Below, in pieces: positions 37,300 through 42,653 of a DNA stretch of 42,653 bases. Source of the DNA: Blastocatellia bacterium (GTDB taxonomy: Bacteria; Acidobacteriota; Blastocatellia; RBC074); assembly GCA_031371805.1 (NCBI GenBank), contig JANMKB010000441.1, positions 1 through 42,653 on the forward strand. Direction: 5' to 3'. The position numbers were made by a program, and so were the translations under genes. The notes under the pieces were generated by a model. That model was not told where the DNA came from. It ran no database searches and saw nothing but the letters and a program-made list of their open reading frames with translations. Numbering within the stretch: position 1 is the first letter of the stretch; each line of letters opens with the position of its first letter.

Positions 37300-38406
37300 T
37301 TACGCTACAGCGAGCAGGTGCTGGACAATTCTCGCACTCGCTTTACCGTCACCATACGGATTTACGGCTTGCGACATTTTTTCGTAGGCAGTTTTGTTCT
37401 CCAACAGAATCATTGTTTCCTGCACGATTTTTTCTTTGTCTGTGCCGACGAGTTTTACTGTGCCTGCCGTGACGCCTTCGGGTCGTTCGGTGACTTCGCG
37501 CAAGACCAGTACGGGTTTGCCAAGCCCCGGCGCTTCTTCCTGAATCCCGCCGGAATCGGTGATGACCAAATATGACTGCTTCAGTAATTGCACGAGAGGT
37601 AAATATTCCAGCGGCTCCAGCAGCGTAATATTCGTAATTTTTCCCAGCAATTCGCGCACAACCGTTTGCACGTGCGGGTTAAGGTGAACGGGATAGACGA
37701 TGTGAACATCAGGGCGACGCTCCGCAATTTCGCGCAGGGCTGCACAAATATTATGCAATGGCGCACCATGATTTTCGCGGCGATGAGCGGTGCCCAGGAT
37801 AATTTTTTTGTCGCGTGGAACGGCGGCGAGCGGCGAGGTTTCCCAGGCGTAAGGTTTTTCGGCAACCTGTAACAACGCATCAATTACGGTATTGCCGGTG
37901 ACAATAATCTGCGTTTCGTTCACACCTTCGCGCAGGAGATTTTGTTGGGAAATTTCTGTGGGCGCAAAATGTAAATCGCTAATACTTGTAGCGATTTTGC
38001 GATTAATTTCTTCAGGAAATGGCTGGTATTTGTCGAAAGAGCGTAAACCCGCTTCGACGTGACCGACTTTAATTTTGTGATAAAAGGCAGCGAGCGCGGC
38101 AACCATTGCGGTAGTTGTGTCGCCCTGCACCAAAACCCAGTCCGGTTTTTCTATTTGCAGGACTTTATCAAGCTTCGTCAACGCGTGCGCGGTAATCGTC
38201 GCCAGCGTTTGATTCGGTTGCATAATGTCTAAATCGTAATCGGGCTGTAGCGCAAAAAGTGCCAAAACCTGATCCAGCATTTTGCGGTGTTGGGCGGTGA
38301 CACAAACTAAGGAAGTGAGTTTTTCCTGATGTTTATTTAATTCTGCAATGACCGGAGCCAGCTTGATCGCTTCGGGACGCGTACCAAAAACAGAGAGAAT
38401 TTTCAT
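37300..38406 (-). CDS. wecB: UDP-N-acetylglucosamine 2-epimerase (non-hydrolysing)
   Basis: MKILSVFGTRPEAIKLAPV..., VQGDTTT, HVEAGLRS, AHRREN, LVITDSGGIQEEAP. Confidence 0.9.
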   Translation of the reverse strand: MKILSVFGTRPEAIKLAPVIAELNKHQEKLTSLVCVTAQHRKMLDQVLALFALQPDYDLDIMQPNQTLATITAHALTKLDKVLQIEKPDWVLVQGDTTTAMVAALAAFYHKIKVGHVEAGLRSFDKYQPFPEEINRKIATSISDLHFAPTEISQQNLLREGVNETQIIVTGNTVIDALLQVAEKPYAWETSPLAAVPRDKKIILGTAHRRENHGAPLHNICAALREIAERRPDVHIVYPVHLNPHVQTVVRELLGKITNITLLEPLEYLPLVQLLKQSYLVITDSGGIQEEAPGLGKPVLVLREVTERPEGVTAGTVKLVGTDKEKIVQETMILLENKTAYEKMSQAVNPYGDGKASARIVQHLLAVA

Positions 38407-38414
38407 AATGACGC

Positions 38415-38443
38415 TTGCAACCTAAAACCGTAAGCTTTACACT
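38415..38443 (+). promoter_or_regulatory. sigma70-like promoter for the tRNA-Leu gene
   Basis: TTGCAA (38415-38420), 17-nt spacer, TACACT (38438-38443). The tRNA 5' end is 13 nt downstream. Confidence 0.4.
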
Positions 38444-38455
38444 TCCAGCCGTTCT

Positions 38456-38762
38456 GCCGGGGTGGCGGAATTGGTAGACGCAACGGACTTATTAATTTGA
38501 GCACCGGGAGCGAAATCTCCCGTGTGAATGGAGTCAAATTCGGTGAACCCTTTTATCTGGCAACACCGAGCTAAGTTTGGAGTAACAGCTCCAAAAAAGT
38601 GTAGAGACTAGACGGCTCCCATCTGACTGCTGCATAAACGGTAAAAGGTGAAGGTATAGTCCAGACCACAAACTGGCAACTGTCAGGCGGCGAAAGTCGA
38701 AGTGGTAAGAAAATCCGTTGGAGCTTGTCTCCGTGCGGGTTCGATTCCCGCCCTCGGCACCA
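38456..38762 (+). tRNA. tRNA-Leu(UAA) interrupted in the anticodon loop by a group I intron (exons 38456-38490 and 38710-38762, CCA encoded)
   Basis: 5' exon: GCCGGGG-TG-GCGGAATTGGTAGACGC-A-ACGGA-CTT. 3' exon: AAAA-TCCGT, variable arm GGAG-CTTGT-CTCC, T arm GCGGG-TTCGATT-CCCGC, acceptor CCTCGGC (one G.U), A, CCA. The spliced anticodon loop is CUUAAAA. Confidence 0.88.
38491..38709 (+). ncRNA. group I intron (tRNA-Leu UAA type, no ORF)
   Basis: It follows exon U34 and ends in G (38709). The internal guide GAG (38499-38501) can pair with exon CUU, giving U.G at the splice site. Stems: CGGGAG/CTCCCG (38505-38522), GACTA/TAGTC (38606-10 / 38657-61, P7-like) and the GAAA-tetraloop hairpin CGGC-GAAA-GTCG (38688-38699). 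The core string GTAGAGACTAGACGG resembles the cyanobacterial intron core (from memory). Confidence 0.8.
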
Positions 38763-38771
38763 AATTCCAAA

Positions 38772-38818
38772 ATCAAAGCCTTGAAAAGTTGCACAACTCT
38801 TCAAGGCTTTGATTTTTT
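38772..38818. terminator. bidirectional rho-independent terminator between the tRNA and the convergent rhodanese gene
   Basis: ATCAAAGCCTTGAA (38772-38785) pairs with TTCAAGGCTTTGAT (38800-38813), a perfect 14 bp. It is followed by T5 on the + strand and preceded by an A-run, which gives a U-run on the - strand. Confidence 0.8.
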
Positions 38819-38839
38819 AGCAGACATTTTTTCTGTAGT

Positions 38840-39343
38840 TTACTTTGGCTTTTGCTCTTCAACCTCTCCGCCTGCATCTTTCCAGGCATTCAGCCCACCT
38901 AACAACGCGCTCACATTTGTATAACCAGCTTTCATCAAAATAGCAGCCGAACCGGCGCTTGTATGTTCGCTTGGTCAGGTACAATAAAAAATGAGCTTTT
39001 TATCTTTGGGCAGCTTTGGGTTTTTCCCGTCCTGGAAATCCTTATACGGAATATTCAAAGCGCCTTTGATGTGCATCGTGACGAAACTTGATTCATCACG
39101 AGTATCAATTATCACCGCCTCCTTTGCCTGCCTGGCCTTGATTGCATCCTCAGCTTTAATACGCGGCACGTTATCGTCCTGAGTGACGGGTGCGGGGCTG
39201 GACAAATCGCTCTGTGTCAGCGCAGCCGTCGCCGCCTGATCCTTGGCAGCGACAGTTTGTGAGGAGCCAGCACAGCCGACAGTCCAAAGCAGGAAAGTTG
39301 CCAGCAGGCTTCCGTAAATGAAAATGACCATTTTTCTCATCAT
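38840..39343 (-). CDS. rhodanese-domain lipoprotein with in-frame TGA (candidate selenocysteine; otherwise a nonsense pseudogene)
   Basis: Lipobox LWTVGC. Rhodanese fold blocks VIIDTRDESSFVTMHIKGALNIP and KKLIFYC-T-[TGA 38975-38977]-PSEHTSAGSAAILMKAGYTNVSALLGGLNAWKDAG. The frame is open to TAA 38840-38842, which sits 22 nt before the terminator. Confidence 0.6.
38942..38959 (-). promoter_or_regulatory. SECIS-like hairpin 15 nt downstream of the in-frame UGA
   Basis: The mRNA reads AGCGCCG-GUU-CGGC(U)GCU: a 7-bp G/C-rich stem with a bulged U. The apical G-U-containing loop starts about 22 nt after the UGA. Confidence 0.35.
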
Positions 39344-39570
39344 AATTCTCAATCCTTTGTGGCGTTCTCGTATGTAAACGAGTAAGTTTTTATTTTTGCA
39401 TTCAGCAGAAGCATAGTCTAGCGCAAATGTGACAAAAACATAACTTGAATTTTCACTTCGGCTCAGCCAGAATCATTAGTTGATTGCGAGCAACCCGAAA
39501 GCCTATTGATGAATCAGATTTCTTTTCCCCATTAGAAGGTCTGAACCAGGTGGCTGAGCGGAGTTTGAAA

Positions 39571-40587
39571 ATGATGAAGATAAAAAATAAAATAAAAACT
39601 ACTACCACCATAATATTTTTCCTGAGTGTGATCTTCCTGTGGACAGGTATGCGTCTTTGGGCGCAAACAGGCAGCTCCTCTCCATCGCCTGATCCTTCGC
39701 TCACGAAGCCAAAACAGCAAATCTCTTATCTCAAAGAGGGAGCGTTATGGTTGATGAAAGAAGATGGCACGGAAAATCGGCAAATTGTCCCGGCCCCGGA
39801 AGAATCCAGTGTGGCCAATCAAATCTGGGCTAAAGATGGGAAGAAGATTTATTTCAATATTGGCCTGAATGTTTATGCCTATGTTTTGCAGGAGCAAAAA
39901 GTCGAAACGTTGGGCGTAGTACAATTACCAGAAGGAATTTCCATTGATCGGGTAGAGTTGGGAAATGATAATAAAACGCTGCTCTTCCAGACAATTGATA
40001 GCAGCGATGTCATGAGTTCCGTATCGAGGGTTTATGCACTGTCAGTAACGACGCCTGAAACCCGTGAACTCAGCGTGGACGAATATCACGCCCTGGCTCC
40101 GGCCCAATCCACCATTGTTAGAAATGCAGGTGAGTTGTCAGTTTCGCCCGATGGTCGTTTTGTGTTGTTTGCGGAAGCGAATGAAAAAGATATTCAGCTT
40201 TTTATTTCCGACATCGAAACCGGCAACCGCCACCAGATTACAGACCTTAGCTCAATTAGTGATTTTGAACCTGCCGCCATGCCGGATGGTGGACGCCGCA
40301 TTATTGAAGCCACCTGGTCACCTGATGGTCATCACGTAGTTTTTGTTCCGGCGCAATCCTGTTCTGAGGGCGGTTTATGCGCAGGAAAAATGTATCTGGT
40401 GGACACCTGGGGTGGAGCGCAGTTGCAACTTGCATTAGAAATGACTGCGAATCTGGCGCAGGAATGGAATCACGAAAAGAATTTGCTGGTTTATGATGAT
40501 GGCGGCAAAATTTTAATTTCGGATCCGCTGGGACAGGTGAAGCAACTGGCAGAAGGAAATCTGCCAAAGTGGCAACCTGCGGTTTAA
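39571..40587 (+). CDS. periplasmic beta-propeller protein with PD40/TolB-like repeats
   Basis: ATG 39571 with GGAG upstream, and a signal peptide. Repeats of the SPDGRFVLFAE / WSPDGHHVVFVP type. Confidence 0.55.
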   Translation: MMKIKNKIKTTTTIIFFLSVIFLWTGMRLWAQTGSSSPSPDPSLTKPKQQISYLKEGALWLMKEDGTENRQIVPAPEESSVANQIWAKDGKKIYFNIGLNVYAYVLQEQKVETLGVVQLPEGISIDRVELGNDNKTLLFQTIDSSDVMSSVSRVYALSVTTPETRELSVDEYHALAPAQSTIVRNAGELSVSPDGRFVLFAEANEKDIQLFISDIETGNRHQITDLSSISDFEPAAMPDGGRRIIEATWSPDGHHVVFVPAQSCSEGGLCAGKMYLVDTWGGAQLQLALEMTANLAQEWNHEKNLLVYDDGGKILISDPLGQVKQLAEGNLPKWQPAV

Positions 40588-40630
40588 GAAAATAGCTGGC
40601 AAAATCAAACCGGTGAGTTTCCTCTTTAGC

Positions 40631-40975
40631 CTAATTGCTTAATTTGGGCATCGCCAGTTTGTTGCGCTCAAAAGCAATCGCGGCTCCGGTGTTGCCTTCG
40701 GAGTGATGCACAGTTTCCGTTCTGACGACTTTTCCGCGAAAATAAGTCGCTACCCCTTTGTACGGATCGTTACTTTCCAAAATTACAATCAACTCAATCG
40801 GTTGATCTATAATCAATAAATCGTCGGTCAGCACATAAGCGCCGCCGCCGCTCAGGTTCCATAAGCGGGCATCACGTTCAATGATTCCGCCCAGTGAATC
40901 TTTCCAGCGGATTTTCGCCGGAATGTCCAACTGGACACGATTTTCGCCTCTTCTCTCAATTGCTTCAATGGTCAT
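40631..40975 (-). CDS. PilZ-domain c-di-GMP binding protein
   Basis: RRGENR (RxxxR) and NLSGGGA (D/NxSxxG) at the usual spacing. Confidence 0.75.
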   Translation of the reverse strand: MTIEAIERRGENRVQLDIPAKIRWKDSLGGIIERDARLWNLSGGGAYVLTDDLLIIDQPIELIVILESNDPYKGVATYFRGKVVRTETVHHSEGNTGAAIAFERNKLAMPKLSN

Positions 40976-41262
40976 ATTAGGATGATTAGTATTTTGATAA
41001 CGCAGGGGAAAAATGAGTTGACCTTTTTTAGGGGCGTGTATTTTCTGTGGGGCGGCATAGTAACTAACTGAAAATTGTTAAAAATGCAACTACTCTCTGA
41101 ATAACTTTGCATTACTTTTCAGATTCGTGCGGTATAAATCAGAATTTATGCTAGTATTGCCTGACCAGTTGCTTAAATTTTTCTGCTCTGACCTTGCCCT
41201 AAATTGATTGGTAAATAGCCGAACTAAAATCTGTCGGCAATACGATTTTTGCGGGGGTGATC

Positions 41263-42285
41263 ATGCTTAGGACAGTTTTTTCCCGTTCCGTATTTTGCGT
41301 TTTACTCTGGTTGTGTGTCGTAGTATCTGCACAGCAAAAGCAACCCGATAAACCAGCACCTAAACCACCAGAACAACAACCTGTGGCCAAACCTGTGCCA
41401 CAAGCTGAAAAGAAAGAAGAATTTCAGCAGCCCGGGCAGCAGTCGCAGGGGCGTATCGACAAAATACGCACTGAAGTAGTAACGATGTCCGTAACCGTGA
41501 CTGATCCATACAATCGTCTGGTCACGGGACTGGATCGCCAGCATTTTGAAGTGTTCGAAGATAAAGTGAAACAAGGCATCGAATTCTTCAAAGACGAGGA
41601 TGTTCCGGTTAGTGTTGGTATTATTTTTGATGTTTCCGGTAGTATGAAAGGCAAGCTCGACCGTGCCCGCGAAGCGCTCAAGGCCTTCATTCAAACCTGC
41701 CACGATCAGGATGATTTTTTTCTCGTGGGATTCAACCAGCGTGCCAACCTCATCGCCGAATTTACTGATGGTGATTCCCTGACGAACAAGCTCACCTTAA
41801 TTAACCCGACAGGACAAACCGCGCTTTACGATGCAGCGTTTTTGGGGATCGAAAAGGTCAAACAAGGTCGCCACAATAAGCGGGCCATTCTCCTGATTTC
41901 TGACGGACAGGATAATTCTTCGCGTTATACTTACGGCGAATTGCGCAAATTACTGAAGGAAGCCAACGTCCAGATTTACAGTATTGGAATTGTTGAGATG
42001 GGCGGCGGCGCAGGCAGTTCGCTTGATATGCAGGGGCAGGGTATTCTGGAAGAAGTTTCGCAAACAACAGGTGGCAAAGCATTCTTTCCCCGTTCGGCAG
42101 CTGAATTAGAAGACGCAACCACACGGATTGCGCTGGAACTAAGGCATCAATATAGCATTGGCTATATCCCAACCAATGAAAACCGCGATGGGAAGTGGCG
42201 TAAAATTAGTGTCAAAGTGAATCCGCCACGCGGCTTGCCAAAATTAAACGTCAGGTCAAAAGAAGGCTATTACGCGATTCCTTAA
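41263..42285 (+). CDS. secreted VWA-domain protein (TIGR03436-like)
   Basis: Signal peptide, a Q/P/K-rich spacer and the MIDAS motif DVSGSM. The RIALELRHQYSIGYIP...GKWRKISVKV tail is typical of the acidobacterial VWFA-related family. ATG 41263 follows GGGGG; GTG 41257 is an alternative start. Confidence 0.8.
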   Translation: MLRTVFSRSVFCVLLWLCVVVSAQQKQPDKPAPKPPEQQPVAKPVPQAEKKEEFQQPGQQSQGRIDKIRTEVVTMSVTVTDPYNRLVTGLDRQHFEVFEDKVKQGIEFFKDEDVPVSVGIIFDVSGSMKGKLDRAREALKAFIQTCHDQDDFFLVGFNQRANLIAEFTDGDSLTNKLTLINPTGQTALYDAAFLGIEKVKQGRHNKRAILLISDGQDNSSRYTYGELRKLLKEANVQIYSIGIVEMGGGAGSSLDMQGQGILEEVSQTTGGKAFFPRSAAELEDATTRIALELRHQYSIGYIPTNENRDGKWRKISVKVNPPRGLPKLNVRSKEGYYAIP

Positions 42286-42332
42286 GGCAATCTGGCAAAT
42301 CCCGATGGCGCAGGATTTGCCAAGTCAGTCAC

Positions 42333-42653
42333 CTATTCATAATGTCTTTCCCAATCAGTCAGCCCTAAAAGTTTAAGCGTGTGTGCCGTTGCGTATCCAG
42401 TGACATCAATTTTGTGGTCTTCCTGAAATTTCCTCATCCCATTGAGAGTCTGATCATCATAAATCCCTGTCGTTGCTCCTAAATAATATCCCTTCCGTGC
42501 TAAGGCTTCCTGAATTTGAGAAATCCGCTCTGCATCCATTTTCTTCAAATCCATTCTTTTGTTAGAAACATTGGGAATGTTGGAAAACTGTAGCGATTTA
42601 ACTTCCTGACGATATAGCTCGTCCAATTTACGGGCTTCCAGGGAATTGTCTTC
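42333..42653 (-). CDS. peptidoglycan-binding (PG_binding_1) domain protein, 5' end outside the window
   Basis: ISQIQEALARKGYYLGATTGIYDDQTLNGMRKFQEDHKIDVTGYA is the PG_binding_1 pattern. The frame is open to the window end. Confidence 0.65.
   Translation of the reverse strand, partial: EDNSLEARKLDELYRQEVKSLQFSNIPNVSNKRMDLKKMDAERISQIQEALARKGYYLGATTGIYDDQTLNGMRKFQEDHKIDVTGYATAHTLKLLGLTDWERHYE

Noticed and set aside
37210-37575. ORF 37210-37575 (+) and the many other 60-140-aa ORFs antisense to long conserved genes (for example 29-328, 6147-6644, 8423-8854, 17197-17613, 20265-20819, 33688-34062, 41302-41703).
   Set aside because: They are embedded antisense in genes with strong family signatures. 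Their translations are low-complexity or Arg/Ser-rich, typical of shadow ORFs.
38534-38924. Tracked ORFs 38534-38794 (-), 38571-38804 (-) and 38718-38924 (+) over the tRNA-Leu locus.
   Set aside because: They lie entirely on the structured group I intron, the tRNA 3' exon and the terminator. They have no RBS or family resemblance. The intron is of the small ORF-less type, so no homing endonuclease is called.

Overview
This 42.6-kb chromosomal window is from a non-cyanobacterial Gram-negative bacterium. The gene content looks Acidobacteriota-like: a sigma54 enhancer-binding protein with GAFTGA, a TIGR03436-type VWA protein, DUF3857/transglutaminase-like exported proteins and LpxI. That assignment is inference only. 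Most of the window is housekeeping or envelope genes: sucD 3' end, aldo/keto reductase, lpxI, a fused hemC-hemD, MoxR-DUF58, acyl-CoA synthetase, carboxylesterase, DUF885, wecB, a c-di-GMP module and a PilZ protein.

Four things stand out.
1. A tRNA-Leu(UAA) gene is split in its anticodon loop by a 219-nt ORF-less group I intron (38456-38762).
2. A lipoprotein rhodanese has its frame interrupted by one TGA two codons after the conserved FYC cysteine. The frame stays open for 44 more conserved codons, and a SECIS-like hairpin follows the TGA. This is a candidate selenoprotein; a plain nonsense mutation is the alternative.
3. The left 8 kb is a decaying defence-type patch. It holds an AT-rich type II restriction-modification pair wedged between sucD and an AKR gene, a retron/DRT-like reverse transcriptase frame broken by two in-frame TAG codons and lacking the motif-A aspartate, a Uma2 nuclease, and a frameshifted DUF262 gene.
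4. There are several families of intergenic repeats: paired GATAGGCGTCCCGCCTGTC palindromic units, tandem GTGGTYR heptamers that read as CA-rich leaders in front of start codons, and a ~155-nt imperfect palindrome.

The window also contains a catalytically dead paralogue next to an intact transglutaminase-like gene, a heavily degraded histidine kinase beside an intact sigma54 response regulator, a degraded Crp/Fnr gene, a TAA-interrupted Cys-rich ORF, and a 677-aa orphan protein with a possible JAB/MPN-like C-terminus. I found no CRISPR array, integrase or transposase. All homology calls are motif recognition by eye; no searches were run.
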